DNA of 63,208 bases from a virus (IMGVR_UViG_3300017700_000880:1-63208), one strand, 5' to 3'; shown: positions 18,905 to 28,928, numbered from the stretch's first letter. Translations and numbers: made by a program. Notes: a model not told the origin generated them from the letters alone.

Positions 18905-20461
18905 ATGGCCATCTACGACCCCTTTAACCCCGCGCACTTCGCCGTTGTGCAAGAGCCCCTTGAGTACGGGCAAGGCTCAGCGACGACCAAGGTGCAAATG
19001 CTCGCGGCCGATGGCTCGGGGCGCGCGGTTATTTGGGACGCACAGAAGGGCGGTCAGCAGGCATTCTTTACGAAACTGATTTGGGAGGTGCTGCTCGAAG
19101 GCAACCGAGGCGGCGGCAAGACCGACGTCTTGCTCATGGACTTCTTCATTTCGGTGAACAAAGGATTCGGCCGAGCATGGAAGGGCCTGCTGCTGCGGCG
19201 CACGTTCCCCGAGTTGCGCGACGTCATCGACAAGTCGATGATTTGGTTCCCGCGCGTGTGCCCCGGTGCACGATACAATCAATCGACCTATACGTGGCAC
19301 TTCCCTCAAGGCGAGACGCTTCGATTCGCATACGCGCAAGCGCCAAAGGATTATTACAACTACCATGGCCACGCCTATCCGTGGATTGCGTGGGAGGAGT
19401 TGACGACGTGGCCTGATGACAAGCTGTACAAAATGTTCATGTCGCTCAACCGCTCCTCGCGCGCGGACATGCCTCGCCGATACTGTGCAACGACGAATCC
19501 GTTCGGCGTTGGTCACTCATGGGTGAAGGACCGATTCCGCTTGCCGGCGATGAAGGGCAAGGTCATCAAGGACTCGATGACGGACGATGGAAAGCTGGAG
19601 CGCCCGCGCATCGCTATCCATTGCGACTTGTTCGACAACGAGGTGCTCATGACCGCCGAGCCTGAGTACGTCACCACGCTCAGCATGTCGGCCGACTCGC
19701 CAGCACGGCAGCAGGCGTGGGTGGCAGGCTCATGGGATATCGTTGCCGGCGGCATGTTTAGCGACGTGTGGAATCCGAAGGTCAACGTGCTGCCCGACTT
19801 CATGCCGCCGAAGGATTGGTACATCGACAAGGCATACGACGACGGGTCGAGCGCGCCGTTCTCGGTCGGCTGGTACGCCGAATCGAATGGCGAGGAGCTA
19901 GTGCTCCCCGGCGGCATCGTAAAGCAAACGATTCGCGGCGACCTGTTCCGCTTTAAGGAGTGGTACGGCTGGAACGGCAAGCGCAACGAGGGCCTCGGAC
20001 TGACCAGCAGCGAAATCTCCTCGGGTATAATCGAGCGCGAATTGTCGTGGGGCATTTACGGCCGCGCGCGGTGCGGGCCGGCGGATAGCGCCATTTTCTC
20101 GAACGAGCACGGCATCAACTTCAGCGACGAATTCAAAAAGCCGGTCCAAATCAATGGCAAGTGGTACCGAGGGCAAGACTGGCAAAAGGCCGACAAGGCA
20201 CCCGGCTCACGCAAGGCGGGATGGAGGCAAATCCGCGCGATGCTGAAACAGGCACAGCCCATCAAGGGCCGGCGCACTAAGCCGGGGCTGTTTATCTGCG
20301 AGGGTTGCGTCCAATGGCTGAACACGGTACCAATACTGCCACGTTCCGAAAAGGAGCCCGACGACGTCGAGCACCCCGAGGACCACGCTGGCGATGAGAC
20401 GCGGTATCGCTTGCATAACCCGCCGCAGCATTGGCGGCAATCGCGCAAGGCGGGAGAGTGA
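18905..20461 (+). CDS. terL: Terminase large subunit
   Basis: GNRGGGKT, LRRTFPEL, WEELT, TTNPFGVGHSW, DHAGDETRY. Confidence 0.95.
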   Translation: MAIYDPFNPAHFAVVQEPLEYGQGSATTKVQMLAADGSGRAVIWDAQKGGQQAFFTKLIWEVLLEGNRGGGKTDVLLMDFFISVNKGFGRAWKGLLLRRTFPELRDVIDKSMIWFPRVCPGARYNQSTYTWHFPQGETLRFAYAQAPKDYYNYHGHAYPWIAWEELTTWPDDKLYKMFMSLNRSSRADMPRRYCATTNPFGVGHSWVKDRFRLPAMKGKVIKDSMTDDGKLERPRIAIHCDLFDNEVLMTAEPEYVTTLSMSADSPARQQAWVAGSWDIVAGGMFSDVWNPKVNVLPDFMPPKDWYIDKAYDDGSSAPFSVGWYAESNGEELVLPGGIVKQTIRGDLFRFKEWYGWNGKRNEGLGLTSSEISSGIIERELSWGIYGRARCGPADSAIFSNEHGINFSDEFKKPVQINGKWYRGQDWQKADKAPGSRKAGWRQIRAMLKQAQPIKGRRTKPGLFICEGCVQWLNTVPILPRSEKEPDDVEHPEDHAGDETRYRLHNPPQHWRQSRKAGE

Positions 20462-20465
20462 CATC

Positions 20466-20711
20466 ATGTTCAAAGTCTTGGCCGTTGTGATGTTCCTGAG
20501 TCCCACTGGTGCGATGCTTGACCAAGGCAATTACACGTCGAAGGATTCATACGCCACGCGCGAAGACTGTGAAGTCGCAAGGCCAGCCGAACAGGCTATG
20601 CAACTGGCGTATGCTGTGCGCGCGATTGCCATCGTCACGGAAATGGGTGGACCCGAGGGCACCACGGCCGAAGTACATACAACGTGCGCGCCGGTCGGCT
20701 CACCGGCTTAA
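20466..20711 (+). CDS. Hypothetical protein with hydrophobic N-terminus
   Basis: RBS GGAG; fills the terL-portal gap. Confidence 0.55.
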   Translation: MFKVLAVVMFLSPTGAMLDQGNYTSKDSYATREDCEVARPAEQAMQLAYAVRAIAIVTEMGGPEGTTAEVHTTCAPVGSPA

Positions 20712-20723
20712 GGGAGGACACAC

Positions 20724-22286
20724 ATGGCGGCGAATCTCAGCAGCAAGCATCCGGCGTACACCGCGCGCGAGCCCGACTGGAAAATCATGCGCGATGCGTA
20801 CAGCGGTGAGCGCTGCATCAAAAAGGCCGCGCAGGAATACCTGAAGCCGACCGGCACGATGCAAGAGGACGGCATGACCGCCCCGAGCGGCACTGGTTAT
20901 CTCGCCTATGAGGCGTATCTCGGCCGCGCCGTGTATCACGAAATGGTTCGGCCCGCGCTGGAAGCGGCGCTCGGTGTGATGCACTCCAAGCCCGCCGAAA
21001 TCGAAGTACCGCCGCAACTGGAGGACATGCTCAAGTCGGCAACCTTCAACGGCGAGGACATGCAAACGCTTTTGCAGAAAACAAACGAGGCGCAGTTGCT
21101 TATGGGGCGAGTCGGGCTCATGCTCGACGTCGCGACCGGCGCAGCGGCCTCGGCACTTCCGTATATCGTCAGCTATTCGACCGAGTCGATGGGGAATTGG
21201 GATACCAGCAAGGTCGGCGACCTGCAGGGCCTTCGCACGCTCGAACTCGTGGTGCTGAACGAGACGCGCCAAGAGCGCATTCACGGGCTGGCATGGGAGC
21301 AAGTGACGCGGTACCGCATCCTCGCACTGGCCGAGCAAGTCGACGACGTTTGGCCGGGCATCAAGGCGCTCGGCAAGCAATACGTGGCCGCCGAAGTGAA
21401 GGACCGCGATGACGCCGTGCTGGCCGACTTCCGTGTGCCGCAACTGGCCGGCCGCGCGCTGGAGTCCATCCCATTCGTGTTCGTCGGCCCGCGCGACCTT
21501 GTGCCGGACCCCGACATTCCGCCGATGATGGCGCTGGCGCGCATTGCCCTTGCCATCTATCGCACCGAGGCCGACTATCGGCAGGCGCTGTACATGCAAG
21601 GGCAGGATACGCTCGTGCTCATGGGACGCCCGCCCGCCGTCCCCGGCGAAAAGGAAACGACCAAGGTCGGCGCGGGACACGTCATCGACGTGCCGCTGAA
21701 CGGCGATGCAAAGTACATCGGCGCGGAAAGCGAAGGCATCAGCGACCTGCGTACAGCGATTCAGGACGACCGCGAGGAGGCTGAACGCATCGGTGGCCAG
21801 TTGCTTACCGAGCGCGGCAACGCGGCTGAGTCCGGCGATGCGTTGCGTATCCGTGTCGCCTCACGCACGTCCACCCTCACCACCGTCGCCAAGGCCGGCG
21901 GCGTTGCGCTGGAGCAATTGCTCCGCTCCGCTGCGGTTTGGGTCGGTGCCGACCCTGAGAAGGTCAAGGTCAAGCCGAATCTGGACTTCGCTGATAACGA
22001 GGCGCTGGCACAAGACCTCGTCCAACTGATGAGCGCCAAGATGCTCGGTGCGCCCATCAGCAAAAAGTCAATCCATGATTGGATGGTCAAACGCGAATTC
22101 ACAAAGCTGACTTTCGAGGAAGAGATGGACGAAGTCGGCGGCGAGGAGCCGATGGTTGCGCCGACTCGCGGAGTCGGTGGACCGCTCGGTGCCGGCCCCG
22201 GTAATGCGCCGGCAAAGGACGACGAGAAACCGCCTGTCAAGGACAAAAAGGCGAAGCCCGCCGAGGCCAAAACCCCTCCGAAATAA
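20724..22286 (+). CDS. Portal protein (DUF4055-type)
   Basis: KHPAY..W..MRDAY.GE, IPFVFVG, AESGDALRIR; position after terL. Confidence 0.9.
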   Translation: MAANLSSKHPAYTAREPDWKIMRDAYSGERCIKKAAQEYLKPTGTMQEDGMTAPSGTGYLAYEAYLGRAVYHEMVRPALEAALGVMHSKPAEIEVPPQLEDMLKSATFNGEDMQTLLQKTNEAQLLMGRVGLMLDVATGAAASALPYIVSYSTESMGNWDTSKVGDLQGLRTLELVVLNETRQERIHGLAWEQVTRYRILALAEQVDDVWPGIKALGKQYVAAEVKDRDDAVLADFRVPQLAGRALESIPFVFVGPRDLVPDPDIPPMMALARIALAIYRTEADYRQALYMQGQDTLVLMGRPPAVPGEKETTKVGAGHVIDVPLNGDAKYIGAESEGISDLRTAIQDDREEAERIGGQLLTERGNAAESGDALRIRVASRTSTLTTVAKAGGVALEQLLRSAAVWVGADPEKVKVKPNLDFADNEALAQDLVQLMSAKMLGAPISKKSIHDWMVKREFTKLTFEEEMDEVGGEEPMVAPTRGVGGPLGAGPGNAPAKDDEKPPVKDKKAKPAEAKTPPK

Positions 22287-22349
22287 AACTAGACATCGCG
22301 GCGCGCGGAGACGTACCTTCGCCGCCGTTCACAAGGTGAGGGCATTTCC

Positions 22350-22922
22350 ATGAGCGGCACGCTACTCGAAGTCATTTTCCAAAACCTGATGAGCCTGTTC
22401 CCGTTCGTTATCATCAAGAGTTATGCACGCGGCGTCCGATGGACGCTTGGCCGCAACCCCAAAGAACTGAAGCCCGGCCCTCACTGGCGCGTGTGGCTGA
22501 TTCATCAGGTCGAGGAGTACAACGTGGTCGACGAGGTGCTCGACCTTCCGGTGCAATCGGTTATCACAAAAGACGACAAGCCAATTTGCTTCAGCGTGAA
22601 CATCGGCTTCCGCGTGACGGACGTGGTGACGCATTGCACGGGCGTTCAGGACTTCAACGAATCCACCGCCGGCCTTGCCATGACGCATCTTGCGCAGCGC
22701 GTGCGCGAGAAGACGCTGGCCGACTTGGTTGCTGAAGGCGGCCTCAAGGATTTGGAGAAGTCGCTGGAGGGAACACTGACCACGCGGCTCAAGGCGTGGG
22801 GCGCGACGGTGTTCTCGGTCGGCTTCATCAACTTCGCACCCGGCCGCGCGCCGCTCCGCATCTTCCTCGACCAGCATACGCAAGGCGTGCTCGCGCCGCC
22901 GCCGACCGCGTTGCGGAGGTGA
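22350..22922 (+). CDS. SPFH/band-7 domain protein
   Basis: GVRWTLG..LKPGPHW..LDLPVQSVITKD..FRVTD. Confidence 0.8.
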   Translation: MSGTLLEVIFQNLMSLFPFVIIKSYARGVRWTLGRNPKELKPGPHWRVWLIHQVEEYNVVDEVLDLPVQSVITKDDKPICFSVNIGFRVTDVVTHCTGVQDFNESTAGLAMTHLAQRVREKTLADLVAEGGLKDLEKSLEGTLTTRLKAWGATVFSVGFINFAPGRAPLRIFLDQHTQGVLAPPPTALRR

Positions 22923-22924
22923 GC

Positions 22925-23161
22925 ATGCGGTACCTTGCTCCATTTTTACTCTACGCATTCGTCGCTCTGACGAATCCCACGGGCGCGCCGCTCTGGATTC
23001 AGCACGACGCGCTCGTCGCGGTGTTGCCAGCACGAGCAAGCGAATGCCACGCTGCAGCAAAGACGCAAGTCATCACATCGAGCGGCACGTTTTGCGTGAC
23101 CGAGTTGCCGCAGGAAGTCATGGACGCATTCAAGGGAGCAACCGATGCCGAAACCGAGTGA
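22925..23161 (+). CDS. Small protein, FlbD-like pattern
   Basis: FVALT...G..LWI....TQVIT..G.FCVTELPQEV. Confidence 0.45.
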   Translation: MRYLAPFLLYAFVALTNPTGAPLWIQHDALVAVLPARASECHAAAKTQVITSSGTFCVTELPQEVMDAFKGATDAETE

Positions 23162-23309
23162 GCCTGATGAGTCATGGGTGCCGTTGCTGGCGCTGGCCGG
23201 TATCCTGTTCTTTATGGTGCTGAGCGTGGCCGGCGGCCAAGGCCGATTCAACAATCCCGGCCCCGACCCGCTCGCCATCGTGGCGCGCACGGAGGCGGGC
23301 AATGATTAG
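23145..23309 (+). CDS. 54-aa membrane protein
   Basis: RBS GGGAG; helix WVPLLALAGILFFMVLSVA. Confidence 0.5.
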   Translation: MPKPSEPDESWVPLLALAGILFFMVLSVAGGQGRFNNPGPDPLAIVARTEAGND

Positions 23310-23499
23310 CATCATAAGCCAAATCACAAAGGGCCTCGCGGTCGGCTTTGCCATTTTCGGCTGCGTCCTTGCCGTCCCGTTCCTCATCGTCGCCGGCATT
23401 CTGTTCAAGGTGGCCGATGATTTGGATGGCGAATGGCGGCGCGGCCGTCGCCAGAATGCGCTCTGGCGATGGGCTCGACGCTGGAGCGGTAAACCGTGA
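23302..23499 (+). CDS. Small membrane protein
   Basis: RBS GGAGG; hydrophobic helix. Confidence 0.6.
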   Translation: MISIISQITKGLAVGFAIFGCVLAVPFLIVAGILFKVADDLDGEWRRGRRQNALWRWARRWSGKP

Positions 23500-23966
23500 A
23501 TCGCGCTCAACTCCTTCGGGCCATCGACATGCTGCCGCGCTACAATAACACGCGGGCGCATAGCAATTACGTCCACAACGGCAAGCGGTGTGCGTTCCAG
23601 ACGCGAATGACGCCGCGCCACATCGACGAATTCCTTCACGCCATTATGAAGCGCCGCGAGGTGGACTACTTCATGACGACGCAATGGGTGAACGTACAGG
23701 GCGACAACTTTTGGACCCTCCAGCGGTGCCTGCGGTACGAGACTCTCGTGTGGCTGGCCAAGCGGTGGACGTGGAACAACTGGACGCGCTGGCGTCTGCC
23801 TTGTTACATCAAATTCAGCGGCAAAATCATCATCTGGAACGGCACTCACCGGACCATGATAAGCCGGCTCGCGAATCGCCGCGTGCGAGCCAAGGTCATC
23901 GACTTCGATGCCCTCCTCAGTGTACACAAGGAACTGAAAAGGAAACGCAAATGCGCCAAGACCTGA
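23496..23966 (+). CDS. ParB/Srx-like domain protein
   Basis: IIIWNGTHR..RVRAKVID resembles the ParB DGxHR motif. Confidence 0.45.
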   Translation: MNRAQLLRAIDMLPRYNNTRAHSNYVHNGKRCAFQTRMTPRHIDEFLHAIMKRREVDYFMTTQWVNVQGDNFWTLQRCLRYETLVWLAKRWTWNNWTRWRLPCYIKFSGKIIIWNGTHRTMISRLANRRVRAKVIDFDALLSVHKELKRKRKCAKT

Positions 23967-24193
23967 TTCCGAAGACCCGTTCAAAGCGCATTGCGCGCGT
24001 GCTCGAAGAGGCCGGTGAAGTCATAAAGGCCATCGGCAAGCTACAGCGATTCGGCAAAATCGCCCGCGACCCGAAGACGAAAATCAAGTACGACAACGTC
24101 GCCGACCTGCGCGCCGAGATGAAGGATTTGCGGCACGCCATCGACGAACTGGAGCGTGATTACAATGGCAACGTCAAACGAACTCCTGCGTGA
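23951..24193 (+). CDS. Second MazG-like protein
   Basis: EEAGEVIKAIGK..RFG..LRAEMKDL. Confidence 0.6.
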   Translation: MRQDLIPKTRSKRIARVLEEAGEVIKAIGKLQRFGKIARDPKTKIKYDNVADLRAEMKDLRHAIDELERDYNGNVKRTPA

Positions 24194-25295
24194 TGCGCTA
24201 GTCCGCCGGCAGATTTACCTGCAGCGGTTCAGCACAGGACTCAGCAACGACATCATCAAGGTGCTCGACGGCACCGAGGACGCGTTGCGCGCGGCGCTGG
24301 AGCGCCGGCTTGCCACTATCCTCAAGGGCGGCGTCGACTTCGGCCCCGAGACCACGGCGCGCCTCAAGGTGCTGGCCGAAATCGTTGCGCGTATCCGTGC
24401 GGCCGGCTTCGACCAAGCGACCGACATGTGGAACGACAACCTCGCCGAGGTGGCCAAGGCCGAGGCCGCGTTCATCAACAGCGCCGTTAAAGAGCACTCG
24501 CCGGTCGTGCTGGATACCGTCGTCCCCACGGCGACTCAGCTTGCGTCCATCGTGCGGTCGAAGCCTTTCGAGGGACGGCTGATGAAGGAATGGGCATCGG
24601 GGCTCGCTGATGCTGATGCTGATCGCATCATGGACGCGGTCAAAATCGGAATGACGCAAGGGCAAACGACGAACGATATCGTGCGCCGCGTGGTCGGCTC
24701 TTCGCAATTCGACGGCGCTGACGGTGTGATGGAAATTGCGCGCCGCGATGCCACGTCCATCACGCGCACCGCGACCAACTTCATCGCCAACGAAGCGCGC
24801 CAAGCGTTCAGCCAAGCCAACGACGACATCTTCAGCGAGGAGGTGTATGTGGCCACGCTCGACTCGCGCACGACCGAAGAGTGCGCGGCGCTCGATGGCA
24901 AGGTGTTCAAGATTGGCGAAGGCCCCATCCCGCCGATTCACTGGAACTGCAGGTCGACGCGCGTGCCAGCGCTCGACGGCAAACTCATCGGTAAACGCCC
25001 TGCCTCGGGTGCAACCGAGGCGGACCTTGAGGGATTGAATCAGAAGGACCGGCGCGCGATGGTCGAAAAATTGACGGGGCAAGTGCCAGCCGCGACCACG
25101 TATCAGGACTTCCTCGCAAAGCAAACCGTCGCTTTTCAAGAGGACGTTCTCGGCAAGGGCAAGGCCGCGCTATTCCGCAAAGGCGGGTTGTCGCTTGACC
25201 GATTCGTGAATCGCAATAACGAGCCGTACACGCTGGCGCAATTGCAAAAGCTGGAGCCGGCGGCGTTCAAGCGGGCCGGCCTGTCAGCGGATTAA
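24165..25295 (+). CDS. Minor head / head morphogenesis protein (Mu gpF/SPP1 gp7-like)
   Basis: ATLDSRTTEECAALDG..PPIHWNCRS. Confidence 0.9.
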   Translation: MATSNELLRDALVRRQIYLQRFSTGLSNDIIKVLDGTEDALRAALERRLATILKGGVDFGPETTARLKVLAEIVARIRAAGFDQATDMWNDNLAEVAKAEAAFINSAVKEHSPVVLDTVVPTATQLASIVRSKPFEGRLMKEWASGLADADADRIMDAVKIGMTQGQTTNDIVRRVVGSSQFDGADGVMEIARRDATSITRTATNFIANEARQAFSQANDDIFSEEVYVATLDSRTTEECAALDGKVFKIGEGPIPPIHWNCRSTRVPALDGKLIGKRPASGATEADLEGLNQKDRRAMVEKLTGQVPAATTYQDFLAKQTVAFQEDVLGKGKAALFRKGGLSLDRFVNRNNEPYTLAQLQKLEPAAFKRAGLSAD

Positions 25296-25364
25296 CCACG
25301 CTACAGATTCCGCTTGCAAAGGCGAACGGCTGTGGCAAGGTGCGCCAACGCCACGGAGATTCAC
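25292..25364 (+). promoter_or_regulatory. Putative promoter: TTAACCA half-site, GANTC, -35 TTGCAA, conserved leader
   Basis: ttaaccacgctacagattccgcttg nearly matches the minus-strand copy at 60848-60824. Confidence 0.65.
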
Positions 25365-25550
25365 ATGCCGGAAAAGAAACTAACCCGCGTCCAAAAGGCC
25401 AACGCAATGGACGCAGCATTCGATACGCTGATGCACGAGTACGGCAACGCCGCTAGATTCGAATGCGCTGAATCTGTGCGAATCGTAAAAATCGGATTGC
25501 CCGGTGACAGCAAGGCCCGCCTCTACGATATCCTCAAGGGAGCCAAGTGA
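25365..25550 (+). CDS. Hypothetical protein
   Basis: RBS ACGGAGA. Confidence 0.6.
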   Translation: MPEKKLTRVQKANAMDAAFDTLMHEYGNAARFECAESVRIVKIGLPGDSKARLYDILKGAK

Positions 25551-25963
25551 TGCCGCGCGAAACCAAAGCCGAGAAGGCTGAGCGCATCGAGCGCCTCCAC
25601 AAGCGACTCCATGCGCTCAAGTGGCCGAATTATGCGAAGCCGCAGCCGATGCCGGTCTCCGATATCATGGCGCTGTGCAAGGCCACGCCGCACGGATACC
25701 TCCGCGTCTATTTTCAGAACCGGCACACGATGGAAGTCAAAGCCGGCTGGACTAGCTCAACGCTCCATTGCCGCGATTGGCCCGAGGCGTTGCCGAAGAA
25801 CTGGCGCGAGGAGCAAAACCGGCACAGCGTGAGTCGCGATGCCGGCGAGTGTTACCTCACGCTCGAAGATGCGGCGCGCGCCATGCGATGGGAAGTCACC
25901 GAGGAGGCGGCCGAGGAATGCCGCAAGGCCGACGAGGTGCTGGCCAACTTGGGGGTCAAATGA
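25547..25963 (+). CDS. Hypothetical protein
   Basis: Overlap-coupled ORF. Confidence 0.65.
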   Translation: MMPRETKAEKAERIERLHKRLHALKWPNYAKPQPMPVSDIMALCKATPHGYLRVYFQNRHTMEVKAGWTSSTLHCRDWPEALPKNWREEQNRHSVSRDAGECYLTLEDAARAMRWEVTEEAAEECRKADEVLANLGVK

Positions 25964-26271
25964 ATCCCGAACGCGAGGCCATCCGTTACGCTGAGAAGAT
26001 TCGCATGGCGACTCGCTTCGCCAGCAACATCCTCATCGGCTGCGAGGCGCGCCTGAATACGAAGGCGGCGCACATCTTCAACGGCCGCACCGGATACATC
26101 GAGGGCGTCATGCCCGACGCGAAGCACGGCCTCACCGTGCTCGTGATGCTGGAAAGCAAACGCCGCAAGGGCGGTGTGCTCAACAGCCGGCCGGCGACCC
26201 GCACGTACTGGCCGCTCGTTGATGTGGTCATCACAGGGAAAAGGAAAACGCCATGCACACGTTCAGACTAA
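25960..26271 (+). CDS. Hypothetical protein
   Basis: ATGA coupling. Confidence 0.6.
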   Translation: MNPEREAIRYAEKIRMATRFASNILIGCEARLNTKAAHIFNGRTGYIEGVMPDAKHGLTVLVMLESKRRKGGVLNSRPATRTYWPLVDVVITGKRKTPCTRSD

Positions 26272-26432
26272 AAGAAAACGGCTCATTCTCGGTCGGATAC
26301 CACAGACGCGACGTCAATGATGCGTTCGTGTGGAGCGAATTGCTCGAAGTCCCGACCAAGTTCAAAGCCGTCATGTGGGTGAACTTCCTCAACGGCGGTT
26401 CGTCCGACATCTGGCGCGACCTCCGTGAGTAG
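26253..26432 (+). CDS. 59-aa hypothetical protein
   Basis: RBS AGGA; VNFLNGG motif; fills a gap. Confidence 0.55.
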   Translation: MHTFRLKENGSFSVGYHRRDVNDAFVWSELLEVPTKFKAVMWVNFLNGGSSDIWRDLRE

Positions 26433-26784
26433 CCTTACGCGCGAAGAGCGCCAAGCCATCTCGCGCAAACAAGACGCCGCCGCATCACGGCGCGACCAGC
26501 GCGGCGGACGATGCGCGCGGGACGACGCGCATGGCGAGTGTATGTGCCGCTCTTATCGCGCGTGGAGTATGTGCTCCGACTTCACGCCAAACCCGCCACC
26601 GCCGCCGACGCTGGAGGAGCGCGTTGAGTCGCTCGAAACCCGCGCCGATGAACTGGCCGCGCGCCTTGAGACGCTGGAGGGCGATGTGAACAAACGCCTC
26701 AACGCCTTGGAGCGCCACTCGCACAAGCCTTTCGACTTCACCGACTTGATGCGCCGGCTGACGGCGCTGGAGGATAAACGATGA
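26425..26784 (+). CDS. Hypothetical coiled-coil protein
   Basis: Cys cluster, poly-Pro, heptads. Confidence 0.6.
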   Translation: MSSLTREERQAISRKQDAAASRRDQRGGRCARDDAHGECMCRSYRAWSMCSDFTPNPPPPPTLEERVESLETRADELAARLETLEGDVNKRLNALERHSHKPFDFTDLMRRLTALEDKR

Positions 26785-27224
26785 ATCAATACGCCAAGCG
26801 TGATGCCCATAAGGAGGCATTCATGAACACGAACGGCACCCTCGCGCCGTCCTATGACTTGGTCCGCCGCGCATTCGACGCCGGATGGGCATCTCACAAG
26901 GCCGTCATCTACCAGCAACTGCTCGGCCTGTTGCCTCCCGAGCGCCATGCGGCCAGCGGCCTCATCCCGACGCCGGCACCGGTCAACGCGCGGCCGATGA
27001 AGATTGTTATCGCGCGCACAGGCCCCGAGGTTTGCCCCGGCGGCGACCGGCCGTTGCACTATGTACGCACCGAAATCGATTCCGGCGGTATGACGGTGTC
27101 GCTGGTCGACGTTAACCTCGCGGACGAATTCCCCTCTCGGGTGGATGCGATAGCCTTTGCGCTTCGCGTGAAGGAGCGGTACCCTGCTGAGACGGATTTG
27201 AACGTGGTCGAGGTTCCCCGATGA
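26781..27224 (+). CDS. Hypothetical protein
   Basis: RBS GGAGG, ATGA coupling. Confidence 0.65.
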   Translation: MNQYAKRDAHKEAFMNTNGTLAPSYDLVRRAFDAGWASHKAVIYQQLLGLLPPERHAASGLIPTPAPVNARPMKIVIARTGPEVCPGGDRPLHYVRTEIDSGGMTVSLVDVNLADEFPSRVDAIAFALRVKERYPAETDLNVVEVPR

Positions 27225-27466
27225 AGCGCTGCAAGGTTGCCACCCGCTACAAGGCCATCGTCCCGCCGCGCTGTAACAGCGGCGACCCGTGCGAGGCTTG
27301 CCTTGCCAAATGGTACAAGGCGAATCCCGCCGTGTGCGCGTACTCCGCCGAGAAGGTCATCGAGAAGGCGCTGAAGCTTTCCCGCGATTCGTGCTACGAC
27401 GCACTCGAAGCGTGGCAAGTCGGCGACTTCAAATCCATGCACGATATTTTCAATCTGGAGCGCTGA
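27221..27466 (+). CDS. Cys-rich hypothetical protein
   Basis: ATGA coupling; PRCNSGDPCEAC. Confidence 0.6.
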   Translation: MKRCKVATRYKAIVPPRCNSGDPCEACLAKWYKANPAVCAYSAEKVIEKALKLSRDSCYDALEAWQVGDFKSMHDIFNLER

Positions 27467-27469
27467 GCA

Positions 27470-27880
27470 ATGCTGACCAACGACGACATCACGTTCAACC
27501 GCCGCGCCTTCCCGATTGGCCGGCTGTGCATCTTCACCGATGCGGACAAGCCTTGCGCCACGATGCTGGTCGTGGTGCTCCAGCCCGTTGGCCTCGATTC
27601 CGACAAGGTGCCGCTGTACAAGTGCGAATACATCCGCGCATCGCGCTCGGTCGGCCGGCTGGAGCAATGCCGCGCGACTGACCTTACGCCGATTGAGCAC
27701 TTCGGATTCACCGCTTCGTTCGACGCGCGGAGCGGCATCTTGCGCCTCACCACATGCGAGGGTCGCGTGCGCGTGCAGGCCACGTACAAAAACGGCGATG
27801 AGCGCAAGTGGCAGGGCCTTCAGGCCGTTGGCGTGCATCCCGACGTCGTTGAAACCCTCGACGACCTTTACGGAGTCTAA
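27470..27880 (+). CDS. Hypothetical protein
   Basis: Tiles the island. Confidence 0.6.
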   Translation: MLTNDDITFNRRAFPIGRLCIFTDADKPCATMLVVVLQPVGLDSDKVPLYKCEYIRASRSVGRLEQCRATDLTPIEHFGFTASFDARSGILRLTTCEGRVRVQATYKNGDERKWQGLQAVGVHPDVVETLDDLYGV

Positions 27881-27883
27881 CCC

Positions 27884-28126
27884 ATGCAGGTTATTTGGAA
27901 CGCGGTCGACGTCATCCCCGGCCAGCGGCTCGGGAAGCAAAGCACCACCGAGCGGTTCATCATCGGTTATGAGGCGAGCACAAAGCCACCGCTAATGTGC
28001 ATCACCAGTCTGGAGGACGGGATGATTGTCACAACCGCCTTCGACCCCGAGAAGCTGGCGAAGTGGTTGACCGACTACCACTACCAGCCCGTCGAGTTGC
28101 TCGACCGCAAGCGGCGGCCGGCGTGA
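27884..28126 (+). CDS. Hypothetical protein
   Basis: RBS GGAG. Confidence 0.6.
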   Translation: MQVIWNAVDVIPGQRLGKQSTTERFIIGYEASTKPPLMCITSLEDGMIVTTAFDPEKLAKWLTDYHYQPVELLDRKRRPA

Positions 28127-28389
28127 TGGCAATCTTCACAGGCAACCGCCCGCTGCCCGAGCAGCCGAAGGCGAAGGCCCCGCCGCGTTGCGTGCGCGAC
28201 GGTCGCGACCTACGCACGCACATCCCTTGCTCGATGTGTTGCTGTGCGGCCGGCCAGTTGCGCGCCGCCGCGAAGCCTCTTACGTTTCCCGACCGGCCGT
28301 GCGCGCCGACGAAGCCCGCACGATTCGACTCACCCGTCCGCAACGGCGCTCCGTACTACGAGGCCGGCGCGATGACTTACAGGAGTTGA
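28126..28389 (+). CDS. Cys/Pro-rich hypothetical protein
   Basis: TGATG coupling. Confidence 0.5.
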   Translation: MAIFTGNRPLPEQPKAKAPPRCVRDGRDLRTHIPCSMCCCAAGQLRAAAKPLTFPDRPCAPTKPARFDSPVRNGAPYYEAGAMTYRS

Positions 28390-28391
28390 GC

Positions 28392-28928
28392 ATGAACCGC
28401 AGCCGACCAGTTGCCGCCGCGCTTCCTGACCGCGCGTGGTTTTGCGAATTCCATCGGTGCCATCACGGCTCCGCCGGCTGCTTGGAATGCAAGGCGGCCG
28501 ACGATGTGCCGGCGCTGGTCGTGGAGGACACGCCACCGCATCACTGGTACTGCTCGCAATGCAAGGCTGACCGCGACGATTCGATTTGCACAGCATGCGG
28601 TCGCCCGTGCGTCGCGATGGGTGCGCCCATCAGCGAAATCAAATGGGGCAGCGGTGCGCCGCGCGCCAGCGTCGTCACCGACGACATCAACCGATTCCTC
28701 AAGGACATGGCCGACGCGATTCCGAAGATGAAAATGACGGCCCTCCAGCGTGAGCACGCCAAGGCGGTGCTGCGGTTTTGCATCGCGGACGCCATCGCTG
28801 AGCGCCTGATACGGCGGCGCGACCCCGATGCGGAGCACGCCGCCGAAATGTCCCGGCGCATGATGGAGGGCGACGTGGCCGGATACCAAGCGCCGGAATT
28901 CCTTGACGCCGGTATCCCGACCGGCTAA
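28392..28928 (+). CDS. Zn-finger-like hypothetical protein
   Basis: RBS AGGAG; CEFH, CLEC, CSQC, CTAC. Confidence 0.6.
   Translation: MNRSRPVAAALPDRAWFCEFHRCHHGSAGCLECKAADDVPALVVEDTPPHHWYCSQCKADRDDSICTACGRPCVAMGAPISEIKWGSGAPRASVVTDDINRFLKDMADAIPKMKMTALQREHAKAVLRFCIADAIAERLIRRRDPDAEHAAEMSRRMMEGDVAGYQAPEFLDAGIPTG

Noticed and set aside
13086-20461. Intron or intein in polA, primase or terL
   Set aside because: The ORFs are continuous, of normal length, and lack intein motifs
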